Below are positions 40,360-50,983 of a stretch of DNA of 64,000 bases, piece by piece; the first letter of the stretch is position 1, and every line of letters begins with the position of its first letter. The position numbers and the translations under genes were made by a program. The notes below the pieces were generated by a model. That model was not told where the DNA came from. It saw only the letters and a list, made by a program, of their open reading frames with translations, and searched no databases. Origin of the DNA: a bacterium (lineage in GTDB: Bacteria; Cyanobacteriota; Vampirovibrionia; Gastranaerophilales; JBAXKC01); the NCBI GenBank assembly GCA_037137535.1, contig JBAXKC010000004.1, positions 49,675-113,674 on the forward strand, given 5' to 3'.

Positions 40360-42958
40360 AGAAGAAACCAAAGAATATATTCTTGACAATGGACTGAAAA
40401 TATTGCTTCAACATCATCCAGGCACAAGCTCAGCCACTTTTATGATATGGTACAAAGTCGGTTCTGCTGATGAAATTGCTGGTAAAACAGGACTTTCTCA
40501 TTTTTTAGAACATTTAAGTTTTAAAGAAACGGAGCTTTTCAAAAAAGGACAGATTGTAAGCGAAATAACCAGAAATGGCGGAATATTCAATGCCTATACA
40601 GGCAAAGATTTCACCTGTTATTATGAAACCTTTGCAACAAGCAGGTTAGAACTTGCCATGCTTATTGAATCTCAGCGAATGAATAACCTTATTATTGATA
40701 ATAACGACAAAAATATTGAAATAGGAATTATTTTATCAGAGCTTGAAAAAGGTTTTGACAATCCCTACACTGCTTTAGGCAATGAAATAAGAGTAGAAGC
40801 ATACCCTGACAATGCCTACGGACATCCAATAGTTGGATTTGCTCAAGATGTAGAAAATACAACCGTAGAAGATTTAAAAGCTCATCATTCAAAATATTAT
40901 GTTCCAAATAACGCAACTATTGTTATTACAGGGAATTTTGACGAAGAACAGACCTTAAATACGATTAAAAAACATTTTGAACATATTCCACCCTCTAAAA
41001 ATCCATTAAAACATATTCATAGAGAATTCAAAAAAAATAACGGATTAAAGCGAGTAAAAGTTGAAAAAAATGGACCAAGCCACATAGTTAAACTGGCTTA
41101 TAACATTCCATCAATCAAACATCCTGACATTTATGCCCTTACCGTACTTGCAGAAATGCTTAACATAGGTATGAGCAGTCGATTTTATAAAAGCATGGTA
41201 GAACCAAGAATTTCTACCGATGTAAACGTAGGTGCTGAATTATTAAGACACCCTGGGCTATTTACAGTTTTAACGACTCTTTATCCTGATATAGAGCATA
41301 CTATTGCAGAAGAAGCTTTATTTGAGCAAATAGAAAACCTTAAAAAACTTAATCCGCCAACCGAAGATGAACTTAAAAAAACAAAAAGAAGGATTAAGTC
41401 TTCTTTTGAATTTAATAAAGACGGCACATTTAAACTTGCTTATCTGCTGGGATATTATGAAACAATAGGCTCTCTTGATTTCATCGAGAATTATATTGAA
41501 AAAATTCAAAGCGTTACGACTGATGACATTAGAAGAGTGGCTGAAGAGTATTTAACAGCTGATAATTGCGTAGTAGGTCATTTTGTCGCTAATGTTACAA
41601 ACAACCGAAAAATAGCTCCCAAGTACGAATACGAAGCACAGACACAAATACACACAGAATTTTCAGCACCACCAATTATATTAAGCGAAAAAATAATAAA
41701 TAAACCGTTACTATTTAAGAAAAAAACATTAAAAAATGGGATTAAAATAATCGTCTGCGAAAACAAAACAAATGACACCGTAAAATTATACGGAAGCATC
41801 GGAGCAGGAAACATTTATGGAGCACAACACAATCCTATATTACCCGTTATGTGCGGAGGAATGCTTAACCGCGGCACAAAAAAAATGACAAAACTACAAA
41901 TGGCTGAAATTATAGAAGCAAAAGGAGCTTCTACGGGAATAAGCAATATAGGAGAATCCGTCAATTTTTCTTTATCTTCTTTATCAGAAGATTTTTCTTC
42001 AATTTTAGGCTTTTTATCAGATATGATTATAAATCCGTCATTTCCAGAAGAAGAATTTGATAAATATAAAAAATATGCACTTGCAGGAATGAAACAAAAA
42101 GAAAAAAACCCCTCTTATCTTGCTATGTCTGAATTCACGAGGCAAATTTACCCTAAAAAACATATTTATTATTCTTATTCGATTGAAGAACAAAAAGAAC
42201 AATTAGAAAATCTGACCTTAGACGAAGTAAAAGAATTTTATGAGAAATATTATACCCCTCATGATTTAATTTTAGCCATTTCAGGAAATATTTCAGCAGA
42301 AGAAACGTTTAAACTTGTTGAAGAAAACTTTGGAAACTGGGAAAAACCTGCTGTAACCATGCCTGAATTAAAGCAAGTTATTTTCAATGAAAAGGAAATA
42401 ACAAAATCAATATTAGTTGAAGATAAAGCCGAAACAGAAATAATATTTGGACATTACGGAAATCTATCCCGCAATAATACCGATTATTATGCAGCAACCG
42501 TTATGAATTTCATACTAGGCGGCGGAGGTGCTTTATCAAGCCGTCTAGGAAGAAGAATAAGAGAAGACTTAGGACTTGTTTATTCAATTTCTTCTTCATT
42601 TACCTCTTTTCAAGTTGCAGGCTCATGGTCTGTTAAATATGCAATAGATAATAAATATGTTGATACTTCATTAAAGGCTTTAAAAGAAGAAATCAATCAA
42701 TTTATAAAAAATGGACCGACAAAAGAAGAACTTGATAATGCAAAATCGTATATCATTGGATCACATCCGCTTAAATTTAGCAGTAATACAGGTATTGCGA
42801 GAGCACTTCTGACGAGTCAATATTATAACCTTCAAGATGATTTTCTTGATAAGTATCCTGAAATAATCGAAGCATTAACACATGAAGATATTTTAAATGC
42901 TGCAAAAAAATATCTTCATCCTGAACAAGCAATAACAATTCTTGCAGGAAGTTTTTAA
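40349..42958 (+). CDS. M16 (pitrilysin/insulinase) family zinc peptidase, fused two-module form
   Basis: GLSHFLEHL (HxxEH), NAYTGKDFT, and SSRLGRRIREDLGLVY in the second module. Confidence 0.93.
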   Translation: MISKEETKEYILDNGLKILLQHHPGTSSATFMIWYKVGSADEIAGKTGLSHFLEHLSFKETELFKKGQIVSEITRNGGIFNAYTGKDFTCYYETFATSRLELAMLIESQRMNNLIIDNNDKNIEIGIILSELEKGFDNPYTALGNEIRVEAYPDNAYGHPIVGFAQDVENTTVEDLKAHHSKYYVPNNATIVITGNFDEEQTLNTIKKHFEHIPPSKNPLKHIHREFKKNNGLKRVKVEKNGPSHIVKLAYNIPSIKHPDIYALTVLAEMLNIGMSSRFYKSMVEPRISTDVNVGAELLRHPGLFTVLTTLYPDIEHTIAEEALFEQIENLKKLNPPTEDELKKTKRRIKSSFEFNKDGTFKLAYLLGYYETIGSLDFIENYIEKIQSVTTDDIRRVAEEYLTADNCVVGHFVANVTNNRKIAPKYEYEAQTQIHTEFSAPPIILSEKIINKPLLFKKKTLKNGIKIIVCENKTNDTVKLYGSIGAGNIYGAQHNPILPVMCGGMLNRGTKKMTKLQMAEIIEAKGASTGISNIGESVNFSLSSLSEDFSSILGFLSDMIINPSFPEEEFDKYKKYALAGMKQKEKNPSYLAMSEFTRQIYPKKHIYYSYSIEEQKEQLENLTLDEVKEFYEKYYTPHDLILAISGNISAEETFKLVEENFGNWEKPAVTMPELKQVIFNEKEITKSILVEDKAETEIIFGHYGNLSRNNTDYYAATVMNFILGGGGALSSRLGRRIREDLGLVYSISSSFTSFQVAGSWSVKYAIDNKYVDTSLKALKEEINQFIKNGPTKEELDNAKSYIIGSHPLKFSSNTGIARALLTSQYYNLQDDFLDKYPEIIEALTHEDILNAAKKYLHPEQAITILAGSF

Positions 42959-43095
42959 AAATTTATGATTAAATACTTAAAAAAACAGAAATTAATAATA
43001 ATTTTTATTAATTATTTTACATTTTTAATAAAATACTAATATATTTCTATTAAAATTTTAAGTAATACAATATTAAAGTAATAATTGAGGGTCAT

Positions 43096-45156
43096 ATGAG
43101 TTTAAATTTAATCAATTTAACCCATAGGGGATTAGAATCGAATAAGAACAAAGTTAAAAACCATAATATCTTAACATTTACAAAATATACCAATAATAAT
43201 CAGTCTCTTCCTAAAATTGATAATTCAATTGATAACGAAGAGACTGTTTCTTTACCGGGTATTAAAAAAGAAACGGCAAGCAAACTAATTTTAGCGGCAA
43301 ATATGGCACATTGCAGTCTTGATGAATATTTAAGAATGACTGTTCCTATTTTAAGAACAAAAAATGTTTCAGGAGTAAAACCAGAAAACAGCATAACTGC
43401 AAAGGTAGGCAACTGCCTTGTTACGTCATTAATTGACGGCGGACAAATTTTTAACAAAGTTCAAGACTATATTCAAAACGCAGAAAAAAGTATTCAAATC
43501 GAAATGTTTGAATTTCAAAATAAAAATATTGACGGTGATATATGGCCTACAAGTGGTGCTGAATATTTACCTGGTTCACAAGAACAGCAAAATATCTTAA
43601 ATTTACTTATTCATAAGAAAAAAGAATCCGAAAAAAAAGGAAAACCTTTAAATATTCAAGTAATTCTTGATAGTCATAAATGGTATCAGGATGGGCTCGG
43701 GAACCATAAAAGACATTATAACAACTTAAAAATGATACATTACCTTAAAGAAAATGGTATTGACGTTGTTCCATATCCTAGAGCCGTTCAAGGAGGAACC
43801 ACTCTTCAACACGTCAAAATGCTTGCAGTAGACGGGAACAAAGTAATACTTGGAGGAATGAATTGGGGAAATCACTCAACCGCAAACCATGATGCTTGTG
43901 TCGCAATAGAAACAGCCCCAGACAAAACAAACTCCGAAGTTGATAACATTATTGATGAAGTTTTCAACAAAGACTGGAAATTTGCTTGGCAAAGACTGGG
44001 ACATACAAGATTAATTCCCGGCCCTTTAACAGAAGAAGAAAAACAATATTATTCAGGACCAAAAAGAAAAATCTTAGCGGAAAATGTTGCTTATAATGAA
44101 AATATTGCCAAATTATTTGATAATCCTATAGATAAAACCAGATATGAAAATAATGAGCTAAATTTAGTAAAAGTTAATCCTGTTAAAAATCCTAAAATAG
44201 GAGTTCTGGTTAACTCTCCAAGAGAATATTCTTTCATAGGAGAAGAAGGAAAAGAATCAATAGGAAATCATATTAAAGAAAGATTAAATACAGCAAGCTC
44301 AATAAAAGCAGAGCTTTTTGTTCTTAGCCACAAAGAAATTGTTCAAAAAATAATAGAACGACACAAAGAAGCCCAAACACCGGGCGGCAGACCTTTTAAA
44401 GCTGAAATATTACTACATCCAGGCATATTAGATGATTTTCCATATTGTAGAATGGCGGAATCATTATTAAAAGAAGCTGGTGTTCCTATTCGTACATATA
44501 AAACAAATGATGAAATAAAACAGCGACTTCACGCAAAATGGGCGGTTTTTGATAATAAAGAAGTTGTAATAGGCTCTGCTAACTGGTCAGCAGCAGGGTT
44601 AGAAAATAATCTTGATAAAGGAAAAAGAAACGATTACCCTTTAACAAATGATTTAATTAATGAAGAAATATCTGACTATTCTGAAGATATTAAATTTCTT
44701 GAAGAAAGAGTTATCGGGGAAAAACCTTCTTTTATTTTCGATGGAGAGCTTGATTTTGAAACCTTTAAAGATAACAATGTAACATTAAGTTGTACGGCTT
44801 ACAGAATAAAAAGCGGAAAACTTGAGCTTTCTGATAAAGTTGCTCTTAAAAATGGCGATTATGTTCCTAAAAACACCTACATGAAATACATAAAAGAATT
44901 ATCGGGATATTATAAAACTATCTTTGAGCTTACCTCAAAGAAAAATGAATACAGAAGAGGTAATCATGAATGTGCTGTTGTGTTTGACAGTCCTGAAATA
45001 GCAAATACCTTCATCCGTCAGTTTGACAAAGACTGGGAATACAGTATTCCGGAAACAGAAAAACACATAGATAACGCTGAGCAGATCGCATTTAAAGGAA
45101 ATCTGCTCCATAAATTTGCAAAAACAAAAGAGCCGACTTTTAATAAACTGATATAA
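43096..45156 (+). CDS. Phospholipase D superfamily protein (two HKD motifs) with N-terminal extension
   Basis: HVKMLAVD..GGMNW and HAKWAVFD..GSANW. Confidence 0.9.
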   Translation: MSLNLINLTHRGLESNKNKVKNHNILTFTKYTNNNQSLPKIDNSIDNEETVSLPGIKKETASKLILAANMAHCSLDEYLRMTVPILRTKNVSGVKPENSITAKVGNCLVTSLIDGGQIFNKVQDYIQNAEKSIQIEMFEFQNKNIDGDIWPTSGAEYLPGSQEQQNILNLLIHKKKESEKKGKPLNIQVILDSHKWYQDGLGNHKRHYNNLKMIHYLKENGIDVVPYPRAVQGGTTLQHVKMLAVDGNKVILGGMNWGNHSTANHDACVAIETAPDKTNSEVDNIIDEVFNKDWKFAWQRLGHTRLIPGPLTEEEKQYYSGPKRKILAENVAYNENIAKLFDNPIDKTRYENNELNLVKVNPVKNPKIGVLVNSPREYSFIGEEGKESIGNHIKERLNTASSIKAELFVLSHKEIVQKIIERHKEAQTPGGRPFKAEILLHPGILDDFPYCRMAESLLKEAGVPIRTYKTNDEIKQRLHAKWAVFDNKEVVIGSANWSAAGLENNLDKGKRNDYPLTNDLINEEISDYSEDIKFLEERVIGEKPSFIFDGELDFETFKDNNVTLSCTAYRIKSGKLELSDKVALKNGDYVPKNTYMKYIKELSGYYKTIFELTSKKNEYRRGNHECAVVFDSPEIANTFIRQFDKDWEYSIPETEKHIDNAEQIAFKGNLLHKFAKTKEPTFNKLI

Positions 45157-45175
45157 GTGAATTTAGGAAACTAAC

Positions 45176-46888
45176 ATGATTAATACAATACCTATAAAAG
45201 TGCAAAAACAAGATATACAAATATCTTCAAATAAAAAGAACTTAACCCCTGTAAGTCATCCCCTAATGTTAACAAAAGCTCACCTTCAACCCGTTTCTTC
45301 TGAAAGTTTCAAAGCACACTTTATTCCTTTTTTAGGAAAAAAACAGGAGCAACCTTTTGATATAACAGAAATACTTCAAAATACCGATAAAATTTATCAA
45401 GGCAAAGGGTTAATCAATGAAACAGGCTGTATCGACTGGAATAAAACAGGCTGGGAAAACTTACGCAAAGAACCTTTAGACTGGGAAAAAGCAAAAAAAC
45501 AAGATATTATAGCTTTTTATCATGCTATGGCTCTTGCCGAAGCTAAAGACAACACTAAGGCAATACGCTTTAATCCTGACAATGTTCCTGAACCTCTTGC
45601 GACTTATCACACCATAAAAAGCCAAGAAGCTCAGGATATGCATGCAAAACTGCTCTCAAGGCTTGATAAATTATCATCGTCAAATGATGCTGAATTTCTT
45701 AATATGCCTTTACTTGATAATAAAACAGGAAATATAAATGTAGATGTAACCGTCTTTGATACAGAAACCACAGGAATTAAGCTAAATCCGTCAGCTCTTG
45801 ATTATGAAGCTATTGATGAAGCTCCAAATCAGCAACCCCCCCCCATAACTCTTACAGGTAATGATAATGACAGAATAATTCAAATAGGGGCAGTCAAAAT
45901 TAAAAAAGGCAACAAAATTGATGAAAAAGACATTTTAAATCAGCTTGTAAACCCTGAAAAAGCTATTCCATCAGGAGCAACAGCCGTTCACCACATTACG
46001 GATGAAATGGTTTCTTCTCCAAATGTTCCCAACATGAATAAAATCCTCAAACAATTTAATAACGAATATCTGGGAAATAATTTAATCGTTGCATATAATG
46101 CTAAATTTGACATTTCTATGCTCAATAATTCTATTTTTGAATATAATGAAAAAAATTCAGAAAAAATAAAACCTAGAGAACTTTGTCTTGTTATTGATCC
46201 GTTTGTACTTATACAAAGAATTCATCCGTTTCTTGGTGCGAGCAAAAAACTAACCGATCAACATAAATTTTTATTCGGCAAAGATTTTGAAGGTGCACAT
46301 GACGCACTTGCTGATGCGACTGCTACCACTAATATCTTAAAATATTGCTGTTTATATCTTTCAAAACATTATCATGCGGAACAAACAGGAAAACCTCTTA
46401 CAGTAAAAGACCTGCTATCTTTCCAATTTGGAGGAAAAGTAAACGGATTGGATATTGAACTTAAAAACGGATATGACCAATCAAAAAGCTATAAAAATTC
46501 CTACAAATTAACACCTGTAACCGTAAAAAATTATCCTGACGGATACAAGATTGAAAAGCCAAAACGTAAGGAAACAAAAGAATTTACAGAAAAATGGAAT
46601 AATCTTGTAGGAGAACAAAATACTCAAGTAATCATTGACGAAATGCTAGGCAGGCATTATAAAACTTACGAACATTTTAGTGATGCTATTGAAAACTCAG
46701 GAATTGAGCCTTTTAATAATCTTGATAAAAAAGATGTAATAAAATTAATAGCCGAACATTCTAAAACTGTTCTTAATGATGAAACAAAATTATTATGGCT
46801 AAAAAACCTCGAACCTAATCAAGAAAATCAGCAAGAAAACCTCAATGACATGCCTGATTTTGAAATATGTAAAAAAGTAATGACTTAA
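45176..46888 (+). CDS. DEDDh 3'-5' exonuclease domain protein (DnaQ-like) with long extensions
   Basis: ExoI VFDTETTG, ExoII AYNAKFD, ExoIII HDALADA. Confidence 0.88.
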   Translation: MINTIPIKVQKQDIQISSNKKNLTPVSHPLMLTKAHLQPVSSESFKAHFIPFLGKKQEQPFDITEILQNTDKIYQGKGLINETGCIDWNKTGWENLRKEPLDWEKAKKQDIIAFYHAMALAEAKDNTKAIRFNPDNVPEPLATYHTIKSQEAQDMHAKLLSRLDKLSSSNDAEFLNMPLLDNKTGNINVDVTVFDTETTGIKLNPSALDYEAIDEAPNQQPPPITLTGNDNDRIIQIGAVKIKKGNKIDEKDILNQLVNPEKAIPSGATAVHHITDEMVSSPNVPNMNKILKQFNNEYLGNNLIVAYNAKFDISMLNNSIFEYNEKNSEKIKPRELCLVIDPFVLIQRIHPFLGASKKLTDQHKFLFGKDFEGAHDALADATATTNILKYCCLYLSKHYHAEQTGKPLTVKDLLSFQFGGKVNGLDIELKNGYDQSKSYKNSYKLTPVTVKNYPDGYKIEKPKRKETKEFTEKWNNLVGEQNTQVIIDEMLGRHYKTYEHFSDAIENSGIEPFNNLDKKDVIKLIAEHSKTVLNDETKLLWLKNLEPNQENQQENLNDMPDFEICKKVMT

Positions 46889-46958
46889 TCGTAATAACTT
46901 AATAAAGAAGAGGATTTTATTTAATCCTCTTCTTCTAATATCTATGTAAAATTATTTT

Positions 46959-48080
46959 TTAAACTCTTATTGGAGTTCCACATACTTCACCGGGATTTAA
47001 TTTAGTTTCGTGACTTAATTTTTGATTGTCATCAATTTTACAACCATCTCCAATTACACATCCCGATAAAATTGAACAATTTGTTCCGATTTCAACATTA
47101 TTTGCAATGATGCACCCATCAAGTCTAGCATTCTTTTTAACGGTAACATTATCCCAAATTACCGCATTTCTTATTTCTGCGCCTTCTTCAATTACGCAAT
47201 TATTGCCGATAACTGAATTACCGTAAAATTTTACGCCATGAGCAACATAAGAATTAAAACCGATTGCAATTTTACCTTTAAAAACAGCATCTGTACTTAC
47301 TGCTGCTGTTTCAGCTTTCCAGCCATGATTAAATTCATCATAATCAGGATTTATAGAAATCTTGTCTGTAAATAAGTCATAAGAAGATAATCTATATTGA
47401 TTTAAAGTACCTATATCATTCCAATAATTATTTATTTTATAACCATATAAAAGTTCGTTATTTTCCATAAGAGCAGGAAAAACATTCTTTGCAAAATCAT
47501 AGAATGAATCCGCAGGAATATAATCAAAGACTTTAGTCTCAAATACATATATGCCTGTATTTACGAGATTGCTTTTTGCTTCTGAAATAGACGGTTTTTC
47601 TTGAAAACCAAGGATTTTGCCGTCATCTTCCGTAACTACAACTCCAAATTGGTTTACTTCCTGCATAGGGACTTCTCTTAAAGCCATTGTAGCAATAGCA
47701 CCCGAGTCTTTATGTTTTTGTACCAATGCACCAAGATCAACGTCTGTAAGCGAATCACCGCTCATTACAATAAAAGTTTCTCCGGGAGTAAAAAACCATT
47801 CGCATTTTTTAACGCCACCTGCTGTTCCTGAAAGTTCTTCTTCGTAGAGGTAATTAAAATCAATACCAAGTTTATTATCTTCAAATCTTTCGTGAATCTT
47901 ATCTGCAAGATAGTGAGTATTAGCGATAACCTCTTTTACGCCAAAGTCTTTTAAATGATTTAAAATTAATTCCATTATGGGCTTATTTGCCATAGGAATA
48001 AGTGGTTTTGGTATAGTCTGAGTAAGGGGATCCAACCTGCTCCCAACGCCTGCGGCCATTATCATTGCTTTACTAATCAA
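46959..48080 (-). CDS. NDP-sugar pyrophosphorylase (mannose-1-phosphate guanylyltransferase/CugP-like) with a left-handed beta-helix tail
   Basis: KAMIMAAGVGSRL.P..PKPL, GTAGG, FQEKP, NTGIY, WNDIG and hexapeptide repeats. Confidence 0.9.
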   Translation of the reverse strand: MISKAMIMAAGVGSRLDPLTQTIPKPLIPMANKPIMELILNHLKDFGVKEVIANTHYLADKIHERFEDNKLGIDFNYLYEEELSGTAGGVKKCEWFFTPGETFIVMSGDSLTDVDLGALVQKHKDSGAIATMALREVPMQEVNQFGVVVTEDDGKILGFQEKPSISEAKSNLVNTGIYVFETKVFDYIPADSFYDFAKNVFPALMENNELLYGYKINNYWNDIGTLNQYRLSSYDLFTDKISINPDYDEFNHGWKAETAAVSTDAVFKGKIAIGFNSYVAHGVKFYGNSVIGNNCVIEEGAEIRNAVIWDNVTVKKNARLDGCIIANNVEIGTNCSILSGCVIGDGCKIDDNQKLSHETKLNPGEVCGTPIRV

Positions 48081-48414
48081 GGTTCCTCTCCTTAAAGTCT
48101 TTTAATCAATTGCTGTATAAAGAGTTATATACAACATATTCGATATTATCAATTATCAACAGGGAGTATGCTAATGGCTAAAATTTACCTATCAAATGGA
48201 TAATTGAGAACTTAGTCAAGCCGAGCATCAACAATATCAACGTATTAACTTAACAAACTCTATTACTGGATTAATTTTAGTAAAAAAAAGCATTAATAAC
48301 AATAAAAACAACAAGATATAACATATCAAAATACTATTTTAATTTATTATTGCATATGTTGTTTTTATTATCTGTTAAAAAGCTAAAAGCCCCAAATGGG
48401 GCTTTTGCTAAGGA

Positions 48415-50967
48415 TTAAGATTCAAGAGATCTTTTTTCTGCTACCAGCTTTTCAAGCATTTCATAAAAACCTGAAGCATCTGGGTCTAACTCAAATATTT
48501 CATCATCTATTTGATTTAATCTACTCTTTTTAGAAGAAACCTCCTTTTGTTTTTCGGTTTCTTGTTTTTTCATCTCTGATTCTGTCGGAGCAGACATTTT
48601 TTCATAAACTTCTGTTTCATATTTTTCAAGAGATTTATCCCATGTACTATCGTTTTTAAGAGCATTATCAATCATTTTAGCCCATGTTGACCCTGTTTTT
48701 ATATTGCCATTTTCATCTTTTGAAGATTCAAAAATTTTATAAGCATCATTAAAGACTTTAGCAAACTCATTTTCAGGAGCATAAATATCCATTAAAGACA
48801 TACTGGTTTTAAATCCTGTTGCCTTATCTCCAACAGAGCTTACAGTTTCATCCAATCCGCCTGTTTTAGACACAATAGGCAGGCATCCTGAAGCCATTGC
48901 CTGAAACTGCATTAAACCGCAAGGTTCATAGGTACTTGGCATAAAGAATACGTCACCACTTGCCATAAACTGGGCTACACTATCGATACGTCCTTCTATA
49001 AGTACAACTCTACCCGGATTTTTTTCTATAATATCTTTTAATTTTTTAACGGAGGCTTTATCTTTTTCGGATGAAAGCTGATCATATCCACTGCCACCAA
49101 ATACTATTTGAGCATTAGGATTTTCTTTAAGTATTTTATCAAGTCCGTTAATTAAAATATCAATACCTTTTTGATTAGTATCAAATCTTGAAATAATACT
49201 TCCAAGCATTGCTTTAGGATTTTTTTCCAAATAACCGATTGCATTTTTTGGACGAGCTGGATTATTTTTTGAAAGTTCATTCTGTATAAACTCTTTATTT
49301 TCTGCTTTTACTTTGATTACATCTTTTATATTATTTTTATCTTTCACTTTAATCTTTATGTCAGATTTATTACTACTTTCTTCTGCAATAGTATATTCAG
49401 CCAAATCTAAACCGTTTACAATGCCTATGCCTTTATCTTGATTCTTGAATAAATAAGGTCTTGTAACTCCCGATATTTCACTTGATACCTGCATATCACT
49501 ATAAAAACCATTAGAAACGGTTAAAAATCTGTCTGTTTCTTCGATAGCTTGAATTGTCGGGTTATAATTCCCATGTTTATCCCATGGTTTATCTGGGAAG
49601 ATATCTCTTATCTTTGCCGAAAGAGCCTCGACATTTTGTCGTTTAGGGTTATTATAATCCATATATTTATTATAATTTTCACTAAGATCTTTTAATTTAG
49701 AATCATCGAGCATTTCTCCGTATGCTCTTCTTGCTTCTGAATTATTTTCTAATTTCTTAATTTCTTCAGGAGTAAATGTATTAACAACAGCTGAAATAGG
49801 ATTCGTTAAACCTTGATAAGAAGGTCCTATATTATGTACGGTATGTGCAACTTTTTTATTTTCATAAAAATCATCTTTTTTAGCCAATTCTTTTAACTGA
49901 TGAACAGCAAAAGCTGTATGCCAATCAGTAGTCTGAATTTTTTGAGGATCAAAACCTTCTTTTTCTTTAAGTATTTTCATCAATTCTAATGCAGCAAAAC
50001 TAAACTCTGCATGACCGGAATACATTTTTTCATCAGAACCAAAAGCATATGCCTTTTTTGCCGCTGAAACTTCAGGAGATTGAACAAAATATGTTTTTAC
50101 TCCATTAGGAGACATGTCCTCATCTATCTTATATAAAGTAGCTGTTCCTTTTTTTAAGCCATGCTGAACTTCGACAGAAGCACCTTCAACTTTATCAATA
50201 ATGTAAAACTTAGAAGTAAGTTCATTTATTCTTTTTTCTACATTTTTATTTAAGTTTTTTTCAACAGAATCCTTAATTGCTTGCTTTATTTCAAGACCTG
50301 ATAATTTAGGCTCTTGCTTTTTTAATTTTTTATCTTCATCTACTTCAATTAAAGTTTTTTCTTGTCCTTGAACTATCTCAAGCAATGTTTTATCTTCATG
50401 AATAAGAGAAACTATTTCTTTTTTAAGAACATCTATTTTACTTTGATTTTCACCGACTTTAACATCCTGTTTCAGAATAACATCTTTAATTTTGTCATTT
50501 TGTGTTAATTTTTCAATTATTCCTCTATCAGGATCATTAGGCTTAACATCAGCATTAATTAAAATACTTTTTGAATCGCCAACAGGCTTTAAGTTAGCTT
50601 TCGCATCATATAACGGTAAAATTGTACGTATTTCTTTACCTTCTTTTTTGTATTTGATGTTATATTCTTTAGGCATATCAAAATTAACATCACCCATTCC
50701 GCCTGCCTTTGCAAAAGGTTTACATTCAACAGACATAAGTAATATTTGCTTAGGATTTCCGCCATTACCCGCAAAGGAAATATTATATACACCATTAGTT
50801 TTATTTATACTGTTACGACTCATCAACGCTGAGGCATAAGAGGAAGGATAAGTAGAAAGTTGCGTTTCATTTCTTACATTATGATTTATCGTGGATTGCG
50901 ACTGATTTAGCTTTATAGACTTTTTTGCAACTAAAGCTGTTAAATTTACATTATTAATACTTAACAT
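48415..50967 (-). CDS. Glycogen/starch synthase (GT5)-like protein with N-terminal extension and K/E-rich insertions
   Basis: PFAKAGGMGDV, DWHTA, TVHN, GIVNGLD, QKGID, MPSTYEPCGLMQ and KTGGL. Confidence 0.88.
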   Translation of the reverse strand: MLSINNVNLTALVAKKSIKLNQSQSTINHNVRNETQLSTYPSSYASALMSRNSINKTNGVYNISFAGNGGNPKQILLMSVECKPFAKAGGMGDVNFDMPKEYNIKYKKEGKEIRTILPLYDAKANLKPVGDSKSILINADVKPNDPDRGIIEKLTQNDKIKDVILKQDVKVGENQSKIDVLKKEIVSLIHEDKTLLEIVQGQEKTLIEVDEDKKLKKQEPKLSGLEIKQAIKDSVEKNLNKNVEKRINELTSKFYIIDKVEGASVEVQHGLKKGTATLYKIDEDMSPNGVKTYFVQSPEVSAAKKAYAFGSDEKMYSGHAEFSFAALELMKILKEKEGFDPQKIQTTDWHTAFAVHQLKELAKKDDFYENKKVAHTVHNIGPSYQGLTNPISAVVNTFTPEEIKKLENNSEARRAYGEMLDDSKLKDLSENYNKYMDYNNPKRQNVEALSAKIRDIFPDKPWDKHGNYNPTIQAIEETDRFLTVSNGFYSDMQVSSEISGVTRPYLFKNQDKGIGIVNGLDLAEYTIAEESSNKSDIKIKVKDKNNIKDVIKVKAENKEFIQNELSKNNPARPKNAIGYLEKNPKAMLGSIISRFDTNQKGIDILINGLDKILKENPNAQIVFGGSGYDQLSSEKDKASVKKLKDIIEKNPGRVVLIEGRIDSVAQFMASGDVFFMPSTYEPCGLMQFQAMASGCLPIVSKTGGLDETVSSVGDKATGFKTSMSLMDIYAPENEFAKVFNDAYKIFESSKDENGNIKTGSTWAKMIDNALKNDSTWDKSLEKYETEVYEKMSAPTESEMKKQETEKQKEVSSKKSRLNQIDDEIFELDPDASGFYEMLEKLVAEKRSLES

Positions 50968-50983
50968 CTACATATCCCCATTT

